A stretch of 13,196 bases of DNA from Candidatus Eiseniibacteriota bacterium (GCA_046598045.1 JBKJJJ010000031.1:1-13196); one strand, 5' to 3'. Positions 1-8,330 are shown, counted from the stretch's first letter. Notes: generated by a model not told the origin, from the letters alone. Numbers and translations: made by a program.

Positions 1-3
1 GCG

Positions 4-33
4 TTGACGCGACCGCGTCGCCGCTGGTATAAA
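4..33 (+). promoter_or_regulatory. sigma70-type promoter (-35 TTGACG, extended -10 TG-n-TATAAA) for the tRNA pair and probably the downstream operon
   Basis: TTGACG at 4-9, 18-nt spacer, TG at 25-26 and TATAAA at 28-33, about 60 nt upstream of tRNA-Phe. The AT-rich hexamer stands out in very GC-rich DNA. Confidence 0.75.
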
Positions 34-96
34 CCTGTCGTGGACGACGCAGGCTCGGGGGTCGACCCCGGGCCTCTGCCGTTGTGGAGCAAACGG

Positions 97-172
97 GCGA
101 CCCTAGCTCAGTTGGTAGAGCACTAGACTGAAAATCTAGGTGTCCCCGGTTCGATTCCGGGGGGTCGCACCA
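97..172 (+). tRNA. tRNA-Phe (anticodon GAA)
   Basis: 76-nt cloverleaf: acceptor GCGACCC/GGGTCGC, D-arm GCTC-AGTTGGTA-GAGC, anticodon arm CTAGA-CTGAAAA-TCTAG, T-arm CCCGG-TTCGATT-CCGGG, discriminator A, encoded CCA. Confidence 0.98.
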
Positions 173-191
173 CCTTCGGGTCGGGAAACGG

Positions 192-267
192 GCTGGTGTA
201 GCTCAGCTGGTAGAGCAGCGCACTCGTAATGCGCAGGTCAGCGGTTCGATTCCGCTCACCAGCTCCA
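192..267 (+). tRNA. tRNA-Thr (anticodon CGT)
   Basis: 76-nt cloverleaf: acceptor GCTGGTG/CACCAGC, D-arm GCTC-AGCTGGTA-GAGC, anticodon arm GCGCA-CTCGTAA-TGCGC, T-arm AGCGG-TTCGATT-CCGCT, encoded CCA. Confidence 0.98.
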
Positions 268-303
268 TCCCCCCCCGGGTCCGCCCGCGCACGAAAGGTC
301 TCC

Positions 304-1647
304 GTGTCCACCTCTCCCCTCATGGTCAGCGTCTCGGGCATCCGGGGCGTGGTCGGCGATTCCCTCACCGTCCCCGTTCTGGTCGACTATGCCGCGGCCT
401 TCGGCCGCTTCGTCGGGCCCGGTTCCGTCGTCATCGGCCGCGACTCGCGGCCCAGCGGCACGTGGGTGTTCGCCGTCGTGTCCTCCGCGCTTCGCGGGGT
501 CGGTGTCGACGTCATCGACGTGGGCCTCGTGCCCACGCCCGCGGTCCAGGTGGCCGTGCTCGATCACCGCGCGGTGGGCGGCATCATCCTCTCGGCCAGT
601 CACAATCCCGCCCCGTGGAATGCGCTCAAGCTGCTCGATGCGCGCGGCGAGTTCCTCGACGCCGAGGCCTCGTTGCGCTATCGCGAGGGCGTGGGCGCGA
701 CCGGCCCCTGGGTCGGGCACGATCGCCTCGGTTCGCTACGCGCCGCCGACGGCGCCGTCGACGCGCAGGTCGCCCGTGCGCTCGCGCACCCCGCGCTAGA
801 GCGCGCGGCGTGGCCGCGGGCGCCGATCGTCGTGGTCGACGGTTGTCGCTCGGTCGGTGGGCTCGCCACGCCGCAGGCCTTGCGTGCCCTCGGGGCGACC
901 GTGATCGAACTCGACTGCACGCCCGACGGAAACTTCACGCGCGGACTGGAGCCCGTTCCCGAGAACCTCGGGGAACTCGGGCGGCTGGTCGTCGCGCACG
1001 GCGCCGATTTCGGGATCGCGCACGATCCAGACGCCGATCGCGCCGCGCTCGTTGCCCCCGACGGTATCCCGTTCGGGGAGGAGGCCACGCTCGCCCTGGC
1101 GGTGCGCGTGGTCCTGGCGCGTAAGAAGGGCCCGGTCGTGACCAACCTGTCGACCTCGCGCATGGTCGAGGACCTGGCCGCCGCGGCCGGGGTGGCCTGC
1201 CACCGGACGGCGGTCGGAGAGGCGCACGTCGTCACCGGAATGCGGCTTTTTGGCGCGGTGATCGGCGGAGAAGGCAACGGGGGGGTGATCGCACCGGAAG
1301 CCCACCTGGGCCGGGATGGGACCGTCGCCGCGGTGCTGGTCGCCCAAGCCTGGGCCGACGCCGGTGGGGACCTCGCGGGGGCCGTGCGCGACCTGCCCCG
1401 CTATGTCATGATGAAGGAGAAGTTGGAGGGAGTCCGGGACTGGCCCGCGCGGGCCCGCGACCTGACCACGTTGTTCGCGGATCACGCCCTCGATACCACC
1501 GACGGCCTGCGCTTCTCGCGGGAACGGGCATGGCTTCACGCCCGGCCGTCGGGCACGGAACCGATCGTCCGGCTCATCGCCGAATCCCCCGACGAAGTCA
1601 CGACCCGGGCCCTGCTCGAGCGTGCGCGTCAGGCGTTCGCGGCCTGA
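304..1647 (+). CDS. glmM: alpha-D-phosphohexomutase, probably phosphoglucosamine mutase
   Basis: Motifs SVSGIRG, SASHNP (phospho-Ser), DPDADR (metal loop), GEGNGG (sugar loop) and RPSGTEP. Start placed at GTG 304, behind GAAAGG (293-298), because the ORF-track start at 229 lies inside tRNA-Thr. GlmM specificity is inferred from adjacency to glmS; PMM/PGM activity is not excluded. Confidence 0.8.
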   Translation: MSTSPLMVSVSGIRGVVGDSLTVPVLVDYAAAFGRFVGPGSVVIGRDSRPSGTWVFAVVSSALRGVGVDVIDVGLVPTPAVQVAVLDHRAVGGIILSASHNPAPWNALKLLDARGEFLDAEASLRYREGVGATGPWVGHDRLGSLRAADGAVDAQVARALAHPALERAAWPRAPIVVVDGCRSVGGLATPQALRALGATVIELDCTPDGNFTRGLEPVPENLGELGRLVVAHGADFGIAHDPDADRAALVAPDGIPFGEEATLALAVRVVLARKKGPVVTNLSTSRMVEDLAAAAGVACHRTAVGEAHVVTGMRLFGAVIGGEGNGGVIAPEAHLGRDGTVAAVLVAQAWADAGGDLAGAVRDLPRYVMMKEKLEGVRDWPARARDLTTLFADHALDTTDGLRFSRERAWLHARPSGTEPIVRLIAESPDEVTTRALLERARQAFAA

Positions 1648-1675
1648 CCGGCTTCCCTCGACGAAGGAGCTCGGC

Positions 1676-3502
1676 ATGTGCGGCATCGTGGGTTACCTCG
1701 GGGACAAGGACGTCGTTCCACTCCTCGTTCGTGGACTCGAGCGTCTCGAGTATCGCGGCTACGATTCCTCGGGCGTCGCCATCGTCGACGGCGGCATGAC
1801 GATCGTGAAGTCCGTCGGCAAGATCAAGAACCTGAAGGAGCGACTCGAGGGGCGGACCTTCGGCGGACGCCTCGGCATTGCGCACACGCGCTGGGCCACG
1901 CACGGCGAGCCCAGCGACCTCAATGCGCATCCCCACACCGACTGCAAGGGCCGCCTCGCGCTCGTGCACAACGGCGTCATCGAGAACCATGTCGCTCTCA
2001 AGAAGCTCCTGGTCGCCGACGGTCACCGCTTCGTCAGCGAGACCGACACCGAGGTCCTGGCCCACCTGATCGAGCGTTCGCTGCCGGGCCGCTCGTTGGG
2101 CGACGCGGTCTCGACCGCGCTGCAGCTGGTCGAGGGGACGTACGGCATTGCGGTCGTCTCCGCCGACCACCCCGGCGTGCTCATCGGCGCGCGCCACGGA
2201 TCGCCGCTCGTGATCGGCGTCGGCGACGGCGAGACATTCCTCGCCTCCGACGGCGCCCCGCTGCGCGAACACACGCAGCGCGTCGTGTACCTCGACGAAG
2301 GCGAGATGGTCGTCATCGACGAGGACGGCTACCGCACGTTCACCATCGAGGGCGTGGCGGTCGACAAGCAGGTCGACGAACTCAACTGGGACCTCGAGCA
2401 GATCGAGAAGGCGGGCTACCCGCACTTCATGCTCAAGGAGATCCACGAGCAGCCGGACACCGTGCGCAACGCGATGCGCGGCCGCCTGCTCATGGACGAG
2501 GGCACCGCAAAGCTGGGCGGCCTGAACCTGGACGAGGACGAACTGCGCGCCATCAAGCGCATCGTCATCACCGCCTGCGGCACGTCGTACTACGCCGGTC
2601 TCATCGGCGAATACCTGCTCGAGGAGCATGCGCGCATCCCGGTCGAGGTCGAGTACGCGTCGGAGTTCCGCTACCGGAACCCGATTCTCGACGAGGGCAC
2701 GCTGGTGATCGCGATCTCACAGTCGGGCGAGACCGCCGATACGCTCGCCGCCCTGCGCGAGGCGCGTCGCCGGGGCGCGACCGTGATGGGCATCGTCAAT
2801 GTGGTGGGTTCGACCGTGGCGCGCGAGGCCGGCCGCGGCGTCTACATCCACGCCGGGCCCGAGATCGGCGTCGCGTCGACCAAGGCGTTCACCTCGCAGG
2901 TCACCGTGCTCGCGCTGCTGACCATGCACCTGGGACGCCTGCGCGTGATGTCGCAGGAGCAGGGTCGCCGCATGGCCATCGAACTGGATGCGCTGCCCGG
3001 CAAGATCGAGCGCATTCTCGCCGCGGCGCCGGCAATCAAGGAAATCGCCGCCCAGCTCCAGCACCACAACAACTTCCTCTACCTGGGGCGCGGGGCCAAC
3101 TTTCCCGTCGCGCTCGAGGGCGCGCTCAAGCTCAAGGAAATCTCCTACGTGCACGCCGAGGGCTATCCCGCGGCCGAGATGAAGCACGGTCCGATCGCGC
3201 TCATCGACGAACACATGCCGGTGGTATTCGTGTGCACGCGCGACAGCGCCTACGAGAAGGTCATGACCAACATGCAGGAAGTGCGCGCGCGTCACGGCAA
3301 GATCCTCGCGATCGCGACCGAGGGCGACGCCGAGGTGCACCGGCTCGCCGACTTCGTGATTCCGGTGCCGGCGACGCTCGATGCGTTCACGCCGCTCCTG
3401 TCCGTGATTCCGCTCCAGCTGCTGGCCTATTCCATGGCGGTCCTGCGCGGGTGCGACGTGGACATGCCGCGCAACCTTGCGAAGTCCGTGACCGTCGAAT
3501 GA
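1676..3502 (+). CDS. glmS: glutamine--fructose-6-phosphate aminotransferase (isomerizing)
   Basis: Begins MCGIVG (catalytic Cys1) after SD AAGGAG (1664-1669). Contains LEYRGYDS, HTRWATHG, HNGVIEN, SQSGETAD, ALKLKEISY, EMKHGP and ends PRNLAKSVTVE. Confidence 0.98.
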   Translation: MCGIVGYLGDKDVVPLLVRGLERLEYRGYDSSGVAIVDGGMTIVKSVGKIKNLKERLEGRTFGGRLGIAHTRWATHGEPSDLNAHPHTDCKGRLALVHNGVIENHVALKKLLVADGHRFVSETDTEVLAHLIERSLPGRSLGDAVSTALQLVEGTYGIAVVSADHPGVLIGARHGSPLVIGVGDGETFLASDGAPLREHTQRVVYLDEGEMVVIDEDGYRTFTIEGVAVDKQVDELNWDLEQIEKAGYPHFMLKEIHEQPDTVRNAMRGRLLMDEGTAKLGGLNLDEDELRAIKRIVITACGTSYYAGLIGEYLLEEHARIPVEVEYASEFRYRNPILDEGTLVIAISQSGETADTLAALREARRRGATVMGIVNVVGSTVAREAGRGVYIHAGPEIGVASTKAFTSQVTVLALLTMHLGRLRVMSQEQGRRMAIELDALPGKIERILAAAPAIKEIAAQLQHHNNFLYLGRGANFPVALEGALKLKEISYVHAEGYPAAEMKHGPIALIDEHMPVVFVCTRDSAYEKVMTNMQEVRARHGKILAIATEGDAEVHRLADFVIPVPATLDAFTPLLSVIPLQLLAYSMAVLRGCDVDMPRNLAKSVTVE

Positions 3503-3521
3503 TTGAAAGGAGCCCCTCTTC

Positions 3522-3920
3522 ATGAGCCGTGCCGCCGTCGCCAGTCCCGATGCGCCCAAGGCGCTCGGACCGTACTCGCAGGCGCAGGTCGTCCAGTTTG
3601 GGGCCACGCGCTTCTGCTACACGTCGGGACAGGTCGGCATCGACCCGAAGAACGGCGAGCTGGTCGAGGGCGTCGCCGGGCAGACCAGGCAGGTGATCGC
3701 GAACCTCGAGGCGGTGCTGGCCGCGGCCGGATTCACGCTCTTGGACGCCGTGAAGACCACGGTCTTCCTGGCGGACATGGCCGACTTCGACGCGATGAAC
3801 AAGGTCTACGGCACGGCGTTCTCGGTTCCGTACCCCGCGCGCAGCACGGTCGCGGCTCTCGGCCTGCCCAAGAACGCGCGGGTCGAGATCGAAGTCGTGG
3901 CGGCGCGGCCCGGCCTCTGA
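3522..3920 (+). CDS. ridA: RidA/YjgF/UK114 family enamine/imine deaminase
   Basis: Motifs APKALGPYSQA, SGQVGIDP, KTTVFL, PARSTV (catalytic Arg) and LPKNARVEIE; SD AAAGGAG upstream. Confidence 0.93.
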   Translation: MSRAAVASPDAPKALGPYSQAQVVQFGATRFCYTSGQVGIDPKNGELVEGVAGQTRQVIANLEAVLAAAGFTLLDAVKTTVFLADMADFDAMNKVYGTAFSVPYPARSTVAALGLPKNARVEIEVVAARPGL

Positions 3921-3944
3921 GCCGCGGCGCCCGTCCCGTGATGC

Positions 3945-4042
3945 GGGAACGCATGGGTTCTGGTGGGCCCCGAGGACTTCAAATCCTTCTGTCGGTCGCG
4001 GATCGCGGCCGGGGTGGGTTCGATTCCCACACGTTCCCGCCA
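3945..4042 (+). tRNA. selC: tRNA-Sec (anticodon TCA)
   Basis: 98 nt. Acceptor GGGAACGC/ACGTTCCC (8 positions), 6-bp D-stem GGGTTC/GGGCCC with 4-nt loop TGGT, anticodon loop CTTCAAA (TCA at 3979-3981), long 9-bp variable stem TCGGTCGCG/CGCGGCCGG, T-arm GTGGG-TTCGATT-CCCAC, G discriminator and CCA. These are the hallmarks of bacterial tRNA-Sec. Confidence 0.95.
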
Positions 4043-4060
4043 TTCTCGTTCCGGGCGCTG

Positions 4061-4651
4061 GTGGCCGGGTGGGTGGCGCTGAGCGTCCTGTCCTCCGCGC
4101 CCGGGGTGGCGCGCGCGCAGGCGCTCGCCGATTCCGCGGTGGTCGCGCCGGCCACACCTTCGGCGCAGCGGCCGGCGTTTCGCATGGCCACGGGCGGCGA
4201 GCGGCCGCGGCCGTGGCACCAGCAGCCGTGGTCGGTGATGACCCGCTCGGCGCTGCTGCCGGGGTGGGGGCAGTTCAAGAACCGCCGTCCCCTCAAGGCC
4301 GGGATCGCGATCGCGCTCGAGGGCGTGGCCGGCGCGCGGCTCGTGCGCGCGTGGCGGGAGCTCGATGAGGCTTCGCAACAGGAGGCGCAGGCGCTGGCGC
4401 AGGGCGACGTCGCCGGCGCCGAGGCCGCACGCGCGGAATACGATCGCGCTTTCAATCGCCGCTCTGCGGCCGGATGGATCCTCGGCCTCGGAGTGGTCCT
4501 TTCCATGGTGGATGCGTACGTGGACGCCCACCTGATCCAGTTCGACGCGGACTTCGGTCCCGATCCCGCGCTTCCCGATGACGTCACCGGCGTGCGCGCC
4601 GGCGGCCCGGGGACGCGATTGTCGCTGCGCTGGTCCTTCACCGGACCCTGA
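4061..4651 (+). CDS. DUF5683-like membrane/secreted protein (start uncertain)
   Basis: C-terminal part of ORF 3503..4651. Motifs [14 protein letters not shown] and [11 protein letters not shown] resemble DUF5683 proteins as I recall them. A hydrophobic signal-peptide-like N-terminus ends in ARA|QA. Alternative in-frame starts are at 3941, 3953, 4073 and 4184. Confidence 0.65.
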   Translation: MAGWVALSVLSSAPGVARAQALADSAVVAPATPSAQRPAFRMATGGERPRPWHQQPWSVMTRSALLPGWGQFKNRRPLKAGIAIALEGVAGARLVRAWRELDEASQQEAQALAQGDVAGAEAARAEYDRAFNRRSAAGWILGLGVVLSMVDAYVDAHLIQFDADFGPDPALPDDVTGVRAGGPGTRLSLRWSFTGP

Positions 4652-4677
4652 CCGTCTGTCGGAGAGAGAGAGACCCG

Positions 4678-6486
4678 TTGAGCCGCATTCCGCCCGAACG
4701 TACGCGCAACTTCTGCATCATCGCCCACATCGATCACGGCAAGTCGACGCTCGCCGACCGCCTGCTCGAGCTGACGGGGACGCTGACCAAGAAGGAAATG
4801 AAGGAGCAGGTCCTCGATGCCATGGACCTCGAGCGCGAGAAGGGCATCACGATCAAGTCCCACCCGATCGCCATGGAGTACGAGGCGGACGACGGGCAGA
4901 CCTACGCGCTCAACCTGATCGACACGCCGGGCCACGTGGACTTCACCTACGAGGTCTCGCGCAGCCTGGCGGCATGCGAGGGCGCGGTCCTGCTGGTCGA
5001 CGCCTCGCAGGGCGTCGAGGCCCAGACGCTGTCGAACTTCTACCTCGCGCTCGAGAACGGCCTGACGATCGTGCCCGCGCTCAACAAGATCGACATGCCG
5101 GCGGCGCGCCCCGTGGAGGTCGGCCTCCAGTTGTCGCACCTCACGGGCGTCGAACCGCAGGACATCCCGGCCGTGTCGGCCAAGGAGGGCACCGGGGTCC
5201 GCGAGTTGCTGGAGACCGTGATCCGCCTCGTGCCGGCGCCGCGCGCCGCGCGGCTCGAGCCGCTCAAGGCGCTGATCTTCGACTCCCAGTTCGACCAGTT
5301 CCTCGGCGTCGTCGTCTACGTGCGCGTGGTCGAGGGGAGGGTCAAGGCGGGGGACACGATCCAGTTCGTGTCCACCGGCAAGAAGTTCGAGGTCGGCGAG
5401 GTCGGCCAGTTCCGCCTCAGGCGTGTGCCGGTCGACGAGATCGAGGCCGGGCAGGTCGGCTACATCATCGCCGGCGTGCGCGAGGTCGTCGACGCGCGCG
5501 TGGGCGACACCGTCGCCTCGGGCGCGGCGCTCTCTCCGGAGGCCCTGCCCGGCTACCGCGAAGTCAAGCCGATGGTGTTCAGCGGGCTCTACCCGATCGA
5601 CTCCAACCAGTACGAGGACCTGAAGGAGGCGCTGTCGAAGCTGCGCCTCAACGACGCGGCGCTGCTCTACGAGCCCGAGACTTCGATCGCGCTCGGGTTC
5701 GGGTTCCGCTGCGGGTTCCTCGGCCTGCTGCACATGGAGATCGTGCAGGAGCGCCTGCGCCGCGAGTATGGCGTGGACCTGATCGCCACCGTCCCGAGCG
5801 TGGAGTACCGCGTCCTGCTGACCAACGGGGACGTGGTCGCGGTCGACAATCCGGCGTCGCTTCCGAACCCGACGCTGGTCGAATTGATCGAGGAGCCCTA
5901 TGTGCGCGCTCACGTGCTGGTGCCCAACGATTACGTGGGCAACATCATGAAGCTCTGCCAGGAGAAGCGCGGGCAGTACCTCAAGATGGAGTACGTCGAG
6001 GAGGGCCGCGCCCGGCTCGAGTACCGGCTCCCGCTCGCCGAGATCGTGATCGACTTCTATGATCGCCTGAAGAGCATTTCGCGCGGCTACGCGTCGCTCG
6101 ACTACGAGTACGACGGCTACGAGCAGGCCGACCTGGTCAAGCTCGACCTGCTGCTCAACAGCGAGCCGGTGGACGCGCTCTCGTGTATCGTCCACCGGGA
6201 CCGCGCCTACGAGTGGGGCCGCGAGCTCACGACCCGGCTCAAGACGCTGATCCCGCGGCAGATGTTCATGATCGCGATCCAGGCCTCGATCGGGGGCAAG
6301 GTGATCGCCCGCGAGACCATCTCGGCGCTACGGAAGAACGTGACCGCCAAATGTTACGGCGGTGACATTTCGCGCAAGCGCAAGCTGCTCGAGAAACAGA
6401 AGGAAGGCAAGCGCCGTATGAAGCAGATCGGGACTGTCGAAGTGCCGCAGGAGGCATTCCTGGCGGTGCTCAAGGTCGATCGCTGA
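4678..6486 (+). CDS. lepA: translation elongation factor 4 (LepA)
   Basis: [19 protein letters not shown], ERxx[30 protein letters not shown] and [25 protein letters not shown]; 602 aa; TTG start. Confidence 0.98.
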   Translation: MSRIPPERTRNFCIIAHIDHGKSTLADRLLELTGTLTKKEMKEQVLDAMDLEREKGITIKSHPIAMEYEADDGQTYALNLIDTPGHVDFTYEVSRSLAACEGAVLLVDASQGVEAQTLSNFYLALENGLTIVPALNKIDMPAARPVEVGLQLSHLTGVEPQDIPAVSAKEGTGVRELLETVIRLVPAPRAARLEPLKALIFDSQFDQFLGVVVYVRVVEGRVKAGDTIQFVSTGKKFEVGEVGQFRLRRVPVDEIEAGQVGYIIAGVREVVDARVGDTVASGAALSPEALPGYREVKPMVFSGLYPIDSNQYEDLKEALSKLRLNDAALLYEPETSIALGFGFRCGFLGLLHMEIVQERLRREYGVDLIATVPSVEYRVLLTNGDVVAVDNPASLPNPTLVELIEEPYVRAHVLVPNDYVGNIMKLCQEKRGQYLKMEYVEEGRARLEYRLPLAEIVIDFYDRLKSISRGYASLDYEYDGYEQADLVKLDLLLNSEPVDALSCIVHRDRAYEWGRELTTRLKTLIPRQMFMIAIQASIGGKVIARETISALRKNVTAKCYGGDISRKRKLLEKQKEGKRRMKQIGTVEVPQEAFLAVLKVDR

Positions 6487-6514
6487 GAATCTCCGTCCTC
6501 CAAGGAGGCTGTTC

Positions 6515-7144
6515 ATGAATGCCGCTCGACCCGAGCGCAAGTCGAAATCCCTGCTGCGCGAATACAGCGAGGCCATCGTCTACGCGATCCTGCTGACGGT
6601 CGTCCTGCGCGCGTTCGTGCTGCAGGCGTTTCGCATTCCCTCCGAGTCGATGCTCGACACGCTGCTGGTCGGGGACTTCCTGTTCGTCAACAAGCTCGAC
6701 TACGGCCCGAAGGTCCCGTTCACCGACACGCGCCTGCCCGGGCTGCGCCACCCGGAACCGGGCGACGTGATCGTCTTCCAGTATCCCGAGGACCCGCGCC
6801 GCGACTACATCAAGCGCTGCGTCGCGACCGGCGGGATGGTGGTCGAGGTCAAGAACAAGGATCTCTACGTCGACGGCAAGAAGCGCGTCGAGCCGTTCGT
6901 GAGGCACATCGACCCCACGATCCACCCGGGGAACTTCGATCCGCGCGACAACTTCGGGCCGTTCACGGTGCCGCCGAACAGCCTGTTCATGATGGGCGAC
7001 AACCGCGACAACTCGAACGACAGCCGCTTCTGGGGACCGGTGGCGATGAGCCTGGTCAAAGGTCGCGCGATGTTCCTCTACTGGTCCTGGGACCCGGATC
7101 GCAAGTGGCCGCGCTTTTCGCGCATCCTGACCGCCATCAAGTAG
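6515..7144 (+). CDS. lepB: signal peptidase I
   Basis: Single N-terminal TM segment, IPSESM (catalytic Ser), [14 protein letters not shown] (catalytic Lys) and [21 protein letters not shown]; classic position after lepA. Confidence 0.97.
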   Translation: MNAARPERKSKSLLREYSEAIVYAILLTVVLRAFVLQAFRIPSESMLDTLLVGDFLFVNKLDYGPKVPFTDTRLPGLRHPEPGDVIVFQYPEDPRRDYIKRCVATGGMVVEVKNKDLYVDGKKRVEPFVRHIDPTIHPGNFDPRDNFGPFTVPPNSLFMMGDNRDNSNDSRFWGPVAMSLVKGRAMFLYWSWDPDRKWPRFSRILTAIK

Positions 7145-8310
7145 CGCACCTGCCCGAGCCGCTCGGCCCGGGCGTGTACGTGCACGTGCCGTTCTGCCAC
7201 GTGCGCTGTCCGTACTGCGACTTCGCGGTCCGCCCGTACGACGCGAAGGAAGCGCCCCTGCTCGTGCGCGGCGTCGCGCTCGAAGCCGAGCGGCGCGCGC
7301 CCACGGGTGTCCCCGCGTGGGGGAGCCTTTACTTCGGTGGCGGCACGCCGAGCCGGCTCGAGGCCGGGGACTTCGCGGCGCTCGTCGCCGGGATCGACCG
7401 CGTCCTGGCGTTCGCGCCCGGCCACGAGCGCGCGCTCGAGGCGAACCCCGAGGACCTCGACGATACGCGCCTCGCGGCGTGGCGCGCGGCGGGCGTGACC
7501 CGGCTCTCGATCGGGGCGCAATCGCTCGACGACGCCGAACTCGCGCGGCTTGGCCGCGTGCACGACGCAAAGGCGGTCGGGCGCGGCGTCGCGCGCGCCC
7601 GCGCGCACGGCTTCACCAACCTGAGCATCGACCTCATGTACGCGTTCCCGGGCCACGGCGAGGCCTCGTTCGAGGCCACGCTCGCCGGCGCGCTCGCGCT
7701 CGAACCCGACCATGTCTCCGCCTACGCCTACACCGCCGAGCATGGCACGCCCATGGGCGACGCGGTGCTCAAGGGTGTCACCGCGCGCCCGGACGAGGAC
7801 GCCGAGGCCGGTCTGTTCGACGTCGCCCGGGACCGGCTCGAGGCCGCGGGCTTCCGGCACTACGAAATCTCGAACTTCGCGCGCCACGGGCACGAAACGC
7901 TTCACCACGTGCGTTACTGGCGGCGGGGGAGTTACCTCGGACTCGGGCCGTCGGCGGTGAGCTTTCTCGACGGTCGGCGCGTGCGCGCGCCACGCGGGCT
8001 CACCACCTGGTGGCACTCGCTCGAGGACGGCACCGCGCCCACGGCCTGGGTGGTCGACGACGCCCGGCCGCACGCCATGTTCGAGACCGTCTTCCTGGGG
8101 CTCCGGCTCGACGCCGGGATGCGCCTGGACGACGCGGCCGAGGCGGGCGAGGATGAGCGCGCGCGTTGGCGGGAGGCCGCGGCCGGGCTGGTCACGGCGG
8201 GGTTCCTGGTCGAGACCGCGGCCGGATTCCGCGTCCCCCGCGAGGAACGCGCGCGCACGGACGCGATCGCGCTCCTGTGGCGCGAAGCCGCCGAGCGGGC
8301 GGAGGGCTGA
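7105..8310 (+). CDS. hemW: radical SAM heme chaperone HemW (HemN-like; start uncertain)
   Basis: YVHVPFCHVRCPYCDF (CxxxCxxC), YFGGGTPS, EANP, RLSIGAQS, SIDLMY and YEISNFA; located upstream of hrcA as is typical. The GTG at 7105 overlaps lepB by 40 nt. Confidence 0.88.
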   Translation: MAALFAHPDRHQVAHLPEPLGPGVYVHVPFCHVRCPYCDFAVRPYDAKEAPLLVRGVALEAERRAPTGVPAWGSLYFGGGTPSRLEAGDFAALVAGIDRVLAFAPGHERALEANPEDLDDTRLAAWRAAGVTRLSIGAQSLDDAELARLGRVHDAKAVGRGVARARAHGFTNLSIDLMYAFPGHGEASFEATLAGALALEPDHVSAYAYTAEHGTPMGDAVLKGVTARPDEDAEAGLFDVARDRLEAAGFRHYEISNFARHGHETLHHVRYWRRGSYLGLGPSAVSFLDGRRVRAPRGLTTWWHSLEDGTAPTAWVVDDARPHAMFETVFLGLRLDAGMRLDDAAEAGEDERARWREAAAGLVTAGFLVETAAGFRVPREERARTDAIALLWREAAERAEG

Positions 8311-8330
8311 GGCCCGCCCCGCGCCTCGTG

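Noticed and set aside
6..19. Inverted repeat GACGCG-AC-CGCGTC over the -35 element as an operator
   Set aside because: Six-bp CG-rich arms are expected by chance in DNA this rich in CGCG, and there is no second copy or other support.
229..303. ORF-track N-terminal extension of the phosphohexomutase, and similar extensions for glmS (1622), hrcA (8153) and rpsU (11931)
   Set aside because: The extensions overlap a tRNA, upstream genes or a promoter, while the chosen downstream starts match family N-termini or initiation signals.
1648..1675. glmS ribozyme/riboswitch upstream of glmS
   Set aside because: The glmM-glmS gap is only 28 nt, far too short for the ribozyme, and glmM coding sequence fills the region upstream.
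3503..4060. N-terminal half of the 382-aa ORF 3503..4651 as a real protein
   Set aside because: It overlaps ridA out of frame and is Arg/Gly-rich shadow sequence; only the C-terminal part has recognisable motifs. The stretch across the tRNA is treated separately as a finding.
4043..4677. Integrated mobile element at selC or at the other two tRNAs
   Set aside because: There is no integrase, no duplicated tRNA 3' end and no obvious compositional shift; the flanking genes are housekeeping.
3979..6195. 738-aa minus-strand ORF and other long antisense or alternate-frame ORFs (1678..3525, 7078..8535, 8192..9409, 9929..11557)
   Set aside because: They are shadows of well-supported genes; high GC with strong third-position bias depletes stop codons in these frames, and they carry no recognisable motifs.
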